Shown in pieces: positions 1-12,496 of a stretch of 64,000 nt of DNA (its first letter is position 1; each line of letters starts with the position of its first letter). The position numbers were made by a program, and so were the translations under genes. The DNA comes from Peribolospora baueri (lineage: Eukaryota). The DNA is taken from contig JAMDHS010000058.1 in the NCBI GenBank assembly GCA_029717555.1, positions 1-64,000 of the forward strand, written 5' to 3'. The notes under the pieces are model-generated. The model had not been told where the DNA came from, ran no database searches, and worked only from the letters and a program-made list of their open reading frames with translations.

Positions 1-17
1 GCGTTTCTCATACACCC

Positions 18-1832
18 ATGCTACCCTTACCCCTCCTCTCACTACTTACACTCCCACTCAGCGCATCGGCCCAAACCAAGCCGACTTACAGCGCAACTTA
101 CACCTACTCCCCACAGCCCTCCGCCTTACCCAGCACCACCGAGACGAACCAGTTCGGCACTAACGACTGTGGGACGACGAACGGACAGGCAAGTCTCTGT
201 CAGAACGCGTTCATCAACGATGTCGACGACTTGTGAGTCGTCGCTGTAAGGTCGCCGTGTCCTTCCCTTCTCGAACCTCACCCCGCCGTCCCATCCCACT
301 GCGCCAGCTGCCTCTGGGGCCCGCCCTACAGCGACGGCAAGAACGCCTCCATTGGCGAGACGGAGCGAATTGAAGTATCTTGGTGCACAAAGAGCGGTCG
401 CGGAACGCGGTTGTTCCCCGACGGCACCCTGACAAGTGCGCATTTCGTCAAGACGCCCCACTATGTGCAGGTCACTGGGACGGGGGATTTGTAAGTGGCC
501 TCCTTCGCTCGCTCCGTAGTGCCTCCGTGCCTCCAGTCGTAGGTCGCCTCATCCCTTGCCGATCCTCGATCGATCGGCAGCACCAAGATCGGCGTTCCCG
601 CTGGCGACCAAGGCGGAGAGCTTGACCCCCACGGCGCAGGTGAGTGTCGCGGCGCGGCGCGGCACCTGTCGTTCAGAGTCGCCTATCGTCCTCTGCGCCG
701 AACCCGTTTCCATCTCACCGTGGTGTTTTTTTTTCAAAATTAACTTAAAGATGGCAACGGCAACCCAATCGGTGGCCTCGTTTTCTCCTCTGCGTTCAGC
801 AACGGTAGTCTCGTTCAGGTGAGCACGATCGACGGGCGATGACGACGTCGGACACAGGACTTTTGGGACGCTCATCGCTCTCTCCGTCGGCTTCCCTTTG
901 TGCGGCCGTCTACGACACGCAGGTGCACGAGTGGATGACCTGTGAGTGCGAGACCGAGCGAGGCGAGCGAACCGGAGACGCGAAAAACGTCCGACCGACC
1001 AGCCAGCCAGCCAGCTCAATGCTCTTTCCTCCACGTCGGTGCGCCCGTCGGCGGAACAGTCATGAGCGCAGTTGACTTTTGTTTCCGGGCGTGTGTGGAC
1101 GGGAACATGTCTACTTTGTACTGCAAGCACACCTATGACGGTCAGCCGGCGTTCTTTCTGATCCACCGGCATGCGGGCATGTGCGGGCGAACCGGAAGGG
1201 TGAACTAGCTGACGGGTCCGTCTGTTTTCATTGTTATCGGCTCAGAGCTTGGCTGCGCTTGGAACATGCCGGCGAACTACACCGAAGGCATCTTTGAGAG
1301 CTGCGACGGAGACGATGACGCCATTGTCGGCGTTTACACGTCGTACGCGAACGGGTGCGCTCGTCGTCGTCGTCGTCGTCGTCGTCTTCACTTTCGTCCC
1401 TCGGGGCGAGCGTTGCATGTCGCTCATCTCTTTCTTCCCCTCGCCCCCTCGCCCCCCTTCGACAGTGGCTCCTACACCGGCTACTTCGACCAAACGATGA
1501 CGCTCGCAGGTACGCCCATCCCCGACCCTTCCCCCGCTGCCTCCTCCTCCAACTGCCGCTTTCTCTCCGGCGTCGGTGCCCCCACCTCCTCTCCATCTTC
1601 TTCTTCCGCTTCCTCCGCTTCCACTTTCTCCCATCCGACCACCGCCGCTGGGTCGTCGGGAACGCCATCATCGTCAGCGACGGTCCTGCTGTCCCCCACC
1701 GGCACCGGCACTGGGTCCGGCTCATCAGGCGCCGCCAACAACGGCGCCGTCCGAGGCGTTCATTTGAGCGTCATCGTCGTCAGCGGTGCGGCGGCGGCCG
1801 CCGTCGGCGTTGTCGCTTTCGCGGCCCTCTGA
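18..1832 (+). CDS. Secreted, probably GPI-anchored Cys-rich mannoprotein of the Cryptococcus MP88 / 'macrophage-activating glycoprotein' type (multi-exon)
   Basis: N-terminal signal peptide. GT-AG splicing gives CQNAFINDVDDFCLWGPP...WCTKSGRGTRLFPDGTLTSAHFVKTPHYVQVTG...GGELDPHGADGNGNPIGGLVFS...HEWMTF...GCAWNMP. Ser/Thr-rich stalk and hydrophobic C-terminal tail; stop at 1830-1832. Confidence 0.8.
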
Positions 1833-1959
1833 CCGAGCGAGCGAGTCGTCCTTCACGCTTCGTCACTTCATCGCTCGCCACCCCTCTCACAAGCCTCACT
1901 TGAACTAAACTAGGTCAGCGTGAGCGCCGACCCTCGCCGGTGCTCTTTTCTTTCTCTCC

Positions 1960-2014
1960 CCTTCCTTCCTTCCTTCCTTCCTTCCTTCCTTCCTTCCTTC
2001 CTTCCTTCCTTCCT
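1960..2014. repeat. (CCTT)n microsatellite
   Basis: Direct tandem tetranucleotide run. Confidence 0.95.
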
Positions 2015-2078
2015 CTCTCTCTTCCTTCCCTTCTTCGCCCCTCCTTTCTTCGTTCTATCCGCTCTAGTCTACTATATG

Positions 2079-2109
2079 CTACTCTACTCTACTCTACTCT
2101 ACTCTACTC
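2079..2109. repeat. (CTACT)n microsatellite
   Basis: Direct tandem pentanucleotide run. Confidence 0.9.
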
Positions 2110-2554
2110 GCTCGCTTCATCCCCACGACGCGCGCACGGACACGGACACAGACACGACCGCACCATGTATCCAGACATCTCTTTACTCCCAACGCCGACG
2201 CCGACGCGGACGCGGCGATGAACTGACGAACGAACGAATGAACGAATGAACGGAGTACCTCTTCTCTCCTATATCGCCGTGCGATGCGATGCGGTGGCGC
2301 GTGGCATCTATCCGTGTGTGCATATACGCACGCACGCACACACGCACGCACGTATATGTCAGCCAGGCAAACAAGGCGAGAAGAGAAAGCCCAGGCAGGG
2401 CAGGGCAGGCAGGACCTAGTCCAGTGATTTCGATTCATTTCGTTCTTGTTTTCATTTCCTTCATCACCACGGCAACGACGGACGGACGAAAGGAGAAGGA
2501 AGGGCACTACGGGACGAAAACGGCACGAAGACAGGAGAACAGAAACAGAGCGAG

Positions 2555-2588
2555 ACAGAACAGAACAGAACAGAACAGAACAGAACAG
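2555..2588. repeat. (ACAGA)n microsatellite
   Basis: Direct tandem pentanucleotide run. Confidence 0.9.
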
Positions 2589-3257
2589 GACGGAGGGAGG
2601 ACAAGGCAGAAACACGACACCACGGGGACACGGATGGGAACGAAAACAAGAAGACAGGACAGGACAGGACAAGGCCTAAGGCTGGGTGGGCCGAGTTCGA
2701 TAGAGCGCAAGGAGGGAGCCGGACGATCCCCTCGCTCTCATCGCTTCCCTCCCGTCTGCCGACATCAACGACGGAAGTGGAAGAGACGGAGGAGAAGGCG
2801 ATGACAGCGTGAGGTCGGTCGGGTCGGTGCGGGGTTCGGCGAACGGGCCTTTCTAAAAGTACAACGGCGGGCGGAGGAGGGCACGGCAGCGGGGGGCGGA
2901 TAAGACACGAAGACGAGGAAAGACGAGGGAGGAGGAGAAAGGGTGGATATCGGATCGAAGCGACGCCCGAGTTACACTGGCACAAGTCCAAGTTGAACCC
3001 CGGCCGGCAGTGGAGTGCGAGGCAGATCAAAAAAGAAAATTAATACGAGAGACGAAGGCGAAGCGAAGAGAAGAATGGAAAAACAGCGACACGACGTGAC
3101 GCGGAAACGAAGGAAAAACGGAGTCCAGAACACAGCACGGAACTAGGCGAACGGAAAAAAAAAAGACCGGCGTACAGAGGACGCCGAGGTGGAGGAAAAA
3201 AAGCAAAGGAGAAGAGACGGCGAACTAAGAGAGCTGATTAGGTGGATGAAAGAATCG

Positions 3258-5380
3258 TCACGTAAGACGAACGGCCCCGGGCGGACCAAACTCCTTCCAA
3301 AAGGCCTCCGCCATGGCCGTGCTCATCCTGCCCTCGTCCTCGTCCTCGTCCTTCGTCGCCGCCGCACCCGTGCCATACGCTTTTCTAGTCGCCCCTTTCC
3401 GTGCCGCGGTCTCACGCCCCGCGTCGCCATCGTCAGCGCCGCCGCCATTTGTCGTCTGGTGGTGGTGCTGCTGATGGGAGGCGGCGGGAGAAAAGGTGAC
3501 CGCACTGAGGTCGGGCGCGGTAAGCTTCTCGTCGAGGCCGAAGGAGCGGAGGTTATGGGACGCTTCAAAGTCGAGGAGCAGCGAGGTAGGGTCCGCCACG
3601 CTGACTGCGCCGCCGCCGCCTGTCGTCGTTGTCGCAAGCCCTTCCGCAGCTGCCGCAGCAGCGGGCGAGTCGGAACAAAGCAGCGGGCTGCCCAGGTCGG
3701 CGTCATGGGGGAACGACGGGGAGATGGGGGACAGGGCGTCGTCCCAGTCCGGTCCGGCTCCGCGGCCGGCAGCAGAGGCGGTGGAAGAAATGGAGCCACT
3801 GGAGCCGGGGCTGGAGACGTTGGCGCCGCGGCCGGTTCCGCCGACAAGAGAGGGTACGGAGGAGCCCATGCTGAGCGCGGATCGGTCAGAAGGCGAAGCG
3901 TCGAGAGATAGGGCGGCGGTGGCGACAGAGATAGAGTCGCGGTGCGCCCTTCGAGCCGAGGGCGCGTGCGTGGCGGCCCACTGGGAGTGGGAGTGAGCGG
4001 GGACGGAGATGCCGACGGAAAGGGACATGGCGACAGAAGTGGTGGCGGGGATGAAGATGCCAGGGTGGCCAGCGGCGGCGGAGGTGCCGACGGTCGTCGC
4101 GTCTTCCGGCCGCTGTGGCGAGAGGCCAAAGTCGAGGTCGGAGACATCGATCTGCCGAAGGGCGGGATCGATCATCTCGTCACCTGGGGCGCCACCACCG
4201 CGAGCGTGCGGGTTGTGATTCGCGCCGGCCGAGTGCTGAGCGGAGAAGCCAAAGGCGTAATACTGAGGCACATGGGCCCGGGTGGGAGAGACCATGTGCA
4301 CGGCGGGGTCGCCGCCGGCGTGATTCATGGAGGAGATGGCAGCAAATGGGTTGTTAAGCGAGCCGTAGGCGTTAGCGTGATCGGCGCTGTGGGCATGAGC
4401 GTGTTGGCCAAACGAGTTGAGGAGGGCGGGGATGTGGACGGCGCTGAAGAAGGGAGGGTTTGGCAAGCTGACGCCTGCCGGTGCTCCCGCGGAGGGCGAG
4501 GAAGCGGAGGAGAAGGAAGAGTTCATGTCGGTCGAGCCGGCGGACGAGGTGTTGGCGACGAGGGTGGCGCTGGACTGAGGGAACCAGTTCGTCCAATCGG
4601 CGGGCAGGCTTGCGCTCATGCCGGCTGCCTGAGCGTGAAGAGAGGAGAAATCAAACTCGGGCTGCTGTTGCTCATGTGCGGCGGTGGTGGGAGAGAAGGC
4701 GCTGATCCTGTCATAGTCGACGGCTGCTCCGTCGGCGCCCTCGTGTTCGAAGGCCAGCTCGTCCTCTTCGGTGATGCCGTCTTCAGCCATGCTGCCGGTA
4801 GACGAGGCAGGGCTGCCGAGGACGAAATGCTCGCCGATGCTGCTCCGTCTCTCGGTGAAGAAGGCGGAGTCGACGGAGACAGCGGAGGTGGTGGAGGCGG
4901 TGGAAAGGCGTCGGCCGCGGCCCTTGGAGATGCTCGAGATGGAGGAGACGGTCTTTCCGCCATTGGCGGCGGCAGCGGCAGCAGCAATGGCGGCGGCGGC
5001 CTTTGCGGCGGCCTTGGGCGGTCTAACAGGTTTGTCGGAGTGGTGTACTCCTCGCAAGTGACGGACGAGCGTATCGCTGGGGAGGGAGGACGGCGTGAGC
5101 GTGACGTCGACTCCTTTATTATTTCATCTGCGGCGAGGATATCACTCACTGCCTGCTGAACGACTTTTGACATTCCGAGCAGGGGAACGGGCGGTCCTTG
5201 GTGTCTGTGAGGGGGGGGAGGATATTCACACAGTCGAAGGTGAGCGAGTGGCCTGGCGTCGGTTGGACGGAAGGAGTGCTCACGGGTTCTCTCGTGCCTC
5301 TGGAGGTGCTCGGTCTTTGCAAAGGCGTGCGGGCAGAAGCGGCACGTCTTGGTCTTGAGGGCCGTCTTGGGGGACGGCAT
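3258..5380 (-). CDS. C2H2 zinc-finger transcription factor (two N-terminal fingers, long low-complexity C-terminus; 3 exons)
   Basis: Spliced N-terminus MPSPKTALKTKTCRFCPHAFAKTEHLQRHERTHTKDRPFPCSECQKSFSRHDTLVRHLRGVHH contains two C2H2 fingers with an HTxxRPF linker. It continues in frame into ORF 3258..5057. Confidence 0.9.
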
Positions 5381-5479
5381 GACGACTAGACTAGACTAGA
5401 CTAGGGCGCGGGAGGGTAGCAAGGAGGGGAGTTTGGATGTGGAAGTGGTTGTGGTCGTCGTTGTCCTTGTCAGTGTTGT

Positions 5480-5530
5480 CGTAGTCGTAGTCGTGGTCGT
5501 GGTCGTGGTCGTGGTCGTTGTCGTGGTCGT
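5480..5530. repeat. (GTCGTG/GTCGTA)n hexanucleotide microsatellite upstream of the zinc-finger gene
   Basis: Tandem imperfect hexamer run. Confidence 0.8.
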
Positions 5531-6233
5531 CTCGTTCGACTCGACTGGACAGACTTTTGATCGAGGGAAGGGGAGCCAAGGCGTAGGAGTAAGAAGAAAT
5601 CTAATGGAGGAGTGTCGGGGGAGGGTCAGGACGAAGGTGGATGGTGGTGAGTGGCAAGGCGGAGGAGAGGATGGGCGGGAGTGCGATGGTGGTGATGGAG
5701 TGAAGAAGGCGACGCGAAGGAGGGCGAGAGAGAGAGGGAGCGAGGAGAGGAGAACGTCAGACGGAGTGTCAATCAGCCAGCGTTTAGTGTCCGTCCGTCC
5801 GTGGCCAGTGTAGCAGTCGAGTCCGTGTGCCTGTCCTGTGTCCGTCCGTTCGTGTCTGACAGCCGAGGCCGTCGTCCGACCGATTATTGACAGACAGACA
5901 GACTGACTGACTGTCTGTCTATACTCTGTCTATAGTCTGTCTATCCTTTCCGTCTGTCCGCCCTGGCGCGTCGACTCGGCCCAGTCGAGCGAGTGCGGAG
6001 GCGGAGGCGAAAGCGGGGGAAGGGCCGAAAGAGAAAGGGCAAGGGAAGGGCAAGCGGCGGACGGAGGAGGAGGACGGGCAGAAAAAAAGAGGCGCAGAGG
6101 CGGACAGGGCATGCAAGCAAGCAAGAAAGACAAGGCGAGGCGAGGCGAGAGAGGGAAGAGAGGAGAGTAGCGGTTGGCAGTCAGATGGGATGGGATGAGA
6201 TGGGATGGAGAGAGAGAGGGCAGAGGGACGCAG

Positions 6234-6235
<2 letters not shown>

Positions 6236-6264
<29 letters not shown>

Positions 6265-6267
6265 ACT
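6236..6267. repeat. (CCAGA)n microsatellite
   Basis: Direct tandem pentanucleotide run. Confidence 0.9.
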
Positions 6268-9200
6268 GAGGCAGGCACGGACGCGGACGGAGCGAGGCAC
6301 GACGGCATCAATCAGACTTGGCCAGCCAGCCAAAGACGACAGCGACAGCGAAATTATGGGCGGCCTGGTCTGGCCTCGCTCGCTCGCTCCCCCAACCTTG
6401 GATCGCACCAGCCGGCCGGCCGAAAAGAAAAATCTGGGGTAACCACTTGGTCCTCTCGGCTCGGCCTGCACTCCGCCCCGTCACCTTCAGCCGACACGCC
6501 ACGCGACAGCCGGCGCACCAGCCGAGCCGCGCCGAGACCAGGCGAGGAGAGGCCTCGGACGAGTCGGCTCGTTCCACCCGTCTCGCCGCAGCAGCACGAC
6601 GCTAAACCAAGTTGCGGTGACTAAGACGCAGCAAGCAGCGCGCAGCGCACTCTTATTATTAGCAGCTGCCTTACGGTACCGTACGGTACTGTAACAACTT
6701 AGCGCGCCCGGTGGCGCTAGCTAGCGCATGAGTGCCTCGTTAACGTGAGACCGCCCGTCCTATCCTAACGTAAGCGCCATCCCACGCCTAAGTGAAGTGA
6801 AGCTCACCGACCGGCCGACCGTTGTGTTTCGCCGCCAGCGTGCAAGACAGACACCGTCGACGCAACATACAACTGCGTATACGCACGCATACGCAGCGCG
6901 CTTTCTCACATTTCGCTTTCACTTTCGCTCCTCCGTTCCTATTCATCGCGGAGATCGAAGTAAATCAGCCTACCCCACACCCCCAGGCTCGCCTCTGCCG
7001 CCGAGTCCGGCGATCGGACACCTCCTCTCTCTGTCCGTCTGTCTGTCATACAGTGTATGTACGTATGTACATGCGCATATGTGTGTATGTAGCGTCGATC
7101 GCCGGAATCGCGGGACGTGCTGCAAACGCACTGCCACGCCACGCCCGGTACGTGGATGGATAGATAGATGGATGGATCGGCGCACGTAGGCCGCGTTTGC
7201 TCATCCCTTCGATTGAGCGCTCGATCGAAGCGAGCAGTCGCTGCTGCTGGTGGACTGACTCGGCCAGACGTGCCCGAGCGTCGTGAGACAAGTCATTGCT
7301 GCGCCGTGCCGTGCCGCCTGCCGAGAGGGATAGGATCCCCCAGATGCATCTACATAGCCCCGGGCCCTTCTTACCCCGCCTCGCCGGCCCGCGACAAGCC
7401 GCACCCGCGCGTCGGTTCCGTGCCTTGTTTCGCCCTCCTAGCCTTCCTAAGGAGGGCGAATCGTCTCCGTCGACGGAGAAGGAGAAGGAGAATGGAAAGG
7501 AGTGGCTGGAACAAAATGACCCGTCGCGTCCAGTCCAGTCACTCGCCTCGCCTAGGCTAGCCATGTGTCTCACCTCACATCTCTTGTGTACGTGCGCCTG
7601 GCTGGCGAGCGAACCGGTTGGACCGACCTAGCAAGTGCTGACGACGTTGGGGCCCCCCACCCCCGCCTTCGCCTTCGTTCGACAGCTCGAGCCAGCGGCC
7701 AGAGCCATTCCACGCTTTGCATCCGGATGGATATGCACGCACGCACGCACAACGTACACACGCAGGCACACACGCATGTCCGTCCGTCTGTCCGTCCAAC
7801 GTACGTACGTAGCGTACATATGCACGCGATCGGGTGCGCTTTTTTGCTTTTGCTTTTTTTTTCTGTCTTCTGTCTCGCTTAGCAGTGCAGTGCAGTGCCC
7901 TCGTTATCTTTTTTTTTTTTTTTTTTTTCACTTGGTCAGAGCGTTTCCTCCCATGCGGCACGCCTTGACCATTCTCCCTCTCCTTCCGCGCCGCCACTAC
8001 GCAAGAGTCGCTCTTGACCGCTCATGCACGCACGCACCCACCCACCCACCCACGGAAAACTCAGCTCGGCGACTTCGACGGATGGGACCACGGCGTCTTA
8101 ACGGCGCTCTGACGACACGGCGTCTTATCCGGCCCTGGTTCCATGTGGTCTGGTCTGACTAATATGACGTTCTCCCTCCGTCGGCCGCGTGATAGACGTG
8201 AAATACCGAAATTAGCCCAGCTAACAACTTCCGCCCTCATCACACTCACTGCCTCCCCTCGCCCTCTGCCTCAGTCTGCCCTCCCTCTGATCTCTCTGTG
8301 CTGGGCTGGGCGCCTCCGGCCTGGGCGGTGCGCAGCGGACGGGTATGCGTTTTGCCCCAACCCTTTCTTCTGTCCGCCCCCGCCGAGCATGGTAGCTCGC
8401 TTCGTGTTCGACGCTCGATGTTGGACGTTCGCTGGCCGTCTTTCGACGGACGCGTATTTCTTTCTTTTTCTTTTTTTTTGCGCGCCTCGACTCGTCCGAC
8501 AGGCAGGCCTAGACCGCCTGGCCGCTCTTCCCTTGTTCGTTAGTTTGATAGCGAACCCGTTCCGTCGTCTTCACTGTCATCCCCCCGGTCCCTCCATTAT
8601 TGATACGCTTAATACGTACGCGTACGGCCTGCGCGCGAATGGCTCCCATTAAGTGCCACCATGCACTCCTGCCTCGTGCTCCGGAGCCAAGCCGCCTGTC
8701 TGTCCGGCTCGTGTTCGACGTAATTGGCTGCGTGCGTGTGGCTTCTGTGGGCCCTGGGCGGACGGACAGTGGCCGCGCGCGACGCGGGGCTCCGCATCTT
8801 TCTTTTTGTCCGCGCCGGCCTTTCTCGCCCTTTTCTCGACGCGCTCTTGCGTCACCGCTCGCGACAACTCTTTGAGTCTACGTTGAGACCCCGGGGCGTT
8901 GCCAGCGGTCAGGCCAAACCGGGTCGAGTATAGTCGTGTCCCGTTATCAGGTTCGCGACACGTTCCAACCAACAACCACCGTTCCTGCCTCTACGCTTAC
9001 TTTTACTTCTTACTGCAGGCGAGCGGAACCGGCTGCCTTTACATACATGATCGGAGGCGTCAATGACTATCGGCGCAGTCCGTCTGTCTGTCCCCCGTCA
9101 CCTCCGTCGCATACGCCCGCCCAAGAGAGACTCGCCTTGCCCCCGTTCCGCGGCTCCAAGTATTTCCCCTGCCTCCCCCGCCTTCCCACACCCACCTCTC

Positions 9201-12200
9201 TCTCGTTTTCCTTTGTTCGCGGCGTTTTCCTTCCGCTCTATTCCCGCCCTCCTCTCCAACCAAAAAAGAAACGTCTTTCGCGCCCTGCCTTTCTTTCCGT
9301 CCATCTAGGCACATGCGCAAAGCGATGCGGAGCAGCATGGAAACCCGCTTCGCTTCCGCGCTGCCAGTGCCCACGCGCCACGCTGCATGCGTGCATGTCT
9401 GGGGTAAGTAGACGGGGGGTACAGCGTACGGGGTACAGCGTCCACGGGCCTCAGGGAACGCCTGCCTGGTCGGTCAACTCGACCCGACGTCGACCATCGT
9501 TCAACGTACACATCGGATGTTCAGTTTCCACGCAATCCCCTCGCGCTCGCTCGCTCTCGCATGTCCACGCACACGCACACGCACGGCTAGGCTAGGGCCC
9601 GAGCCAACGGCATGATGGACCATGGACCATGGCACGAGATGGCCACCTCGGGCGGCGGCGATCGCACGTTCTACTGAGTTTTCTTTTTAGTACCACAGCA
9701 CCCGTCTCGCCGCCCCGCGCCGATCTGACCGTCGTCGTCAACGATCGAACGAACGAACGAACGAACGAACGCCTTCGCCGAAGCGCGCATTTACTTACTT
9801 GTTTGCCCGTCGATCGGGAGAAAGGGTCGCGGCGGCTGGGTAGTTAGGCGACTCATTCGTCAGGTCTATCGATGGCTCGTGCGATGATGAGGTTCTGCGA
9901 CAATGTGCGTTCGCACTTCCGTTGTCGTCGTGAACCCGACGACGACGACTCGGAATCGTATCTGCTCGACCGATGTGTGTCGCCGCGAGTGAGCGATGAG
10001 AGTGTTTCAAGTCTTCCTTGTGGAAAAGGCGGGTCAACGCGCTGCTCGGTCGCAGTTGTATATGCCAATCCTTCGAGAAGAGCACCCCTTGCGCACGCGA
10101 CCGCGCTTGTTCTCCGATGCCAGCCAGGTTCGCTGCACAAAACGTGTTCCGATTGGGAAGGGAAGAGGAACTTGGCCTAGCCGAGGCGGAGACGACGTCT
10201 TGCCTTCGAATAGGCGCGCCTTGGAAGAGGAAGACAACGGCGGTCCTCGGAGGGTCCGTCCTAGAATCTATCTCGCTGCATTACGAGACGACCAGCTTGT
10301 CCATCTAGCGAGCACGGTGCGATCCGAGCTTCGTCGATGATCGTGGCCTATAGCACAGCTCACAACTTAAACTCACCTGTGTGCTTATTTCTCATTCTCT
10401 TTAGCCTTCCTCATTTCCTCGCCGTTTAGGTCGTTCCTGACACGCGCCGGCTCTCTCTGTCTTCTCCTTCTTCCTGGTCTTTGCCGCCTCTCTCCTTTCC
10501 TCCTCTCTCCTTTCCTCCTGTCTCCGCCCTCTCTCTCTCTCGCTCCTTGGCCTGTCTCGACTAAATTAAGTCTCAACCTTCCTCGTTCCTGCTCTCGTGA
10601 GTGTCCTGACATACACTTCAGCCCGGCAGCCCCCGACATTTCTCATCGTTCTCGGGCTCTCGGGCTCTTGTCATTGTCTCCAATTTAAGAATATCTCCGT
10701 CTCTCTCATTAGCCTCAGCCCTCCGTTAGCCGTATAGAAAACGGACATCCTTCGTCCGCGCCGTCATAACGGCCTATCGTCCTCTGGCTTCCTTCATTGC
10801 TCTTTTTGAGAGGATACTAGCAGATACTCTTGCGATCTCTTCGTCTTCCAAGTCCACTCAGTCCACACAGTGCCGGGCTGATTTCTCTTTCTCTTCGACG
10901 CTGGCCTGCTTCCCTACTTCCCACGACTTTGCTTCTGTCTTCTTCTTTGACTCCCGCGCTTCCAACCGAGGTGAGCGGCTAGCTTACCCCGCCCCCTACC
11001 TCTTCTGGCCACCGTGGAGCTGCGCATCCGAAATTGAGCCTCCAATATCTCCGCGTCTCGCCCAAGGACGTCAGTTACGGTGGGAGTGCGAATCCGCCCC
11101 GGTAAGAAGGTTCGTTCTCACCCGAATGGCAGCTTTATATATGGTAGACGTCATCAATTTGAGAACAAGAAAATCTTAAGAATGTGACTCGCGGTTTGAG
11201 AAAAGTACACAACTTGGAAGGCGCTGGTACCCTGGCGCGATAGTATTGTTAAGACGTCGATTGAGCGTCCAGAGATGTCAGCTGCTCCATCAGCCTGATT
11301 GTGTTCGTCATACCATGGTCAGAAAATACGCCACTTTGTGCAGATTGGGTGAGGCTATCCAACGCCGGTTCGTGCTCGAGCGCGCCAACCCAGCCAGGAG
11401 ACGAGCGATTGGGAGCGGTCTCGGATCGCGTCGGGGACGGATTCTCCAAAGACTTGAGGAGGCCGGCCGGACATGAAGGAGAACATGCGCATAAAAAGAA
11501 TGCAGGACGGAGTAAAAAAAAGTGTAAGAGGACATTGCATTGACGGTCAGTCGACGGTCTACTCGACGTTCGACCTGCCCAGCTGTCCGAACTGTCGGCG
11601 GCATCGTCAAACCGGGCGTCATCTGTGAGGCAGCCGTTGGAAGGGGGTGTACGAACCAAATAGGACCTAGCCCAATATCTTCGCGTGCGGATACGGGGTG
11701 AGGGGGGCCAAAGGAAGCGAGAAGAAGGGGAAAAAGCGGTGGAGGGTTGAGCATCGCTCTTTTGTTAAGTTGTCCCACACGGCCAGCACCTTGGGTGCCG
11801 AGATAGATAGGATAGATAGATGCTCACCTGGCCAATTCGCCCTTTTCTGTCTCATCGATGAACTGATAGGAGAGAGGGGGGGGAGGGAAAGCGTGCGTTA
11901 GCGATCGAGGTCTATACGAGCTCGGTTATGAGGGCCGTACGTCGTCGTTGGAGCTCGTCGGCAAGACGGTCTGGTGAGCGTCCGTTTTTTTGGCCTCCCC
12001 CCCTCCTTTTTCTGGAAGGGAAGCTCTCATCTGACGTGTCATGCCGTGACGTGACGCGAACGTCCATCGTCGATTCGCCTTCCTAATGTGCCAGGCTTGG
12101 ACGTGCGGAGCCCACCCCGTATTTGACATAACAATCTCCATCCTGGCTTTTTGAATGTCTACTCGTTATTGTCGCGGACAACATGTGGCTCGCCACGCAG

Positions 12201-12496
12201 CGGGAAGGGTGGTCGAATTGGAACGCGGCCGATACGTTTGTCGCCTCACCCTTCCAGCGCTCGTCTCTCTTAAAGCGAGGCTTGGAAGTTTCCTCGTCTG
12301 GAAATTGATCTGACCCTCACCATCTCCCCTTCCACGCCTCGACATCACGTGCGCTGATCGGACTCGAAGCAGCGAGATGACGATGACCAACGCTCGCCTT
12401 CATATCATTTACCAACGTCGCCCTTTCCGTGCTGATTCGTTTCTTTCTCATCCAAGGGATCAAGGACGTCAGGCGACAGAATCACAGTTTGTTGAT

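Noticed and set aside
1920..3030. Several ORFs with repetitive peptides (FLPS, RTEQN, LFCSV)
   Set aside because: Translations of microsatellites in the convergent 3' region.
3942..5159. 405-aa plus-strand ORF (and similar long antisense ORFs such as 32759..33478 and 52042..53337)
   Set aside because: Antisense shadows of GC-rich coding sequence; no independent motifs.
5391..5579. Asp/His-repeat ORF just upstream of the zinc-finger ATG (possible uORF)
   Set aside because: No ATG start (TTG) and derived from a hexamer microsatellite.
10378..10640. Possible solo LTR (two CCTGACA ends, pyrimidine-rich interior)
   Set aside because: No matching TG...CA inverted termini with TSD and no second copy in the window.
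11080..11105. GTGCGAATCC resembling a tRNA T-loop/B-box
   Set aside because: No convincing T-stem, acceptor stem or cloverleaf.
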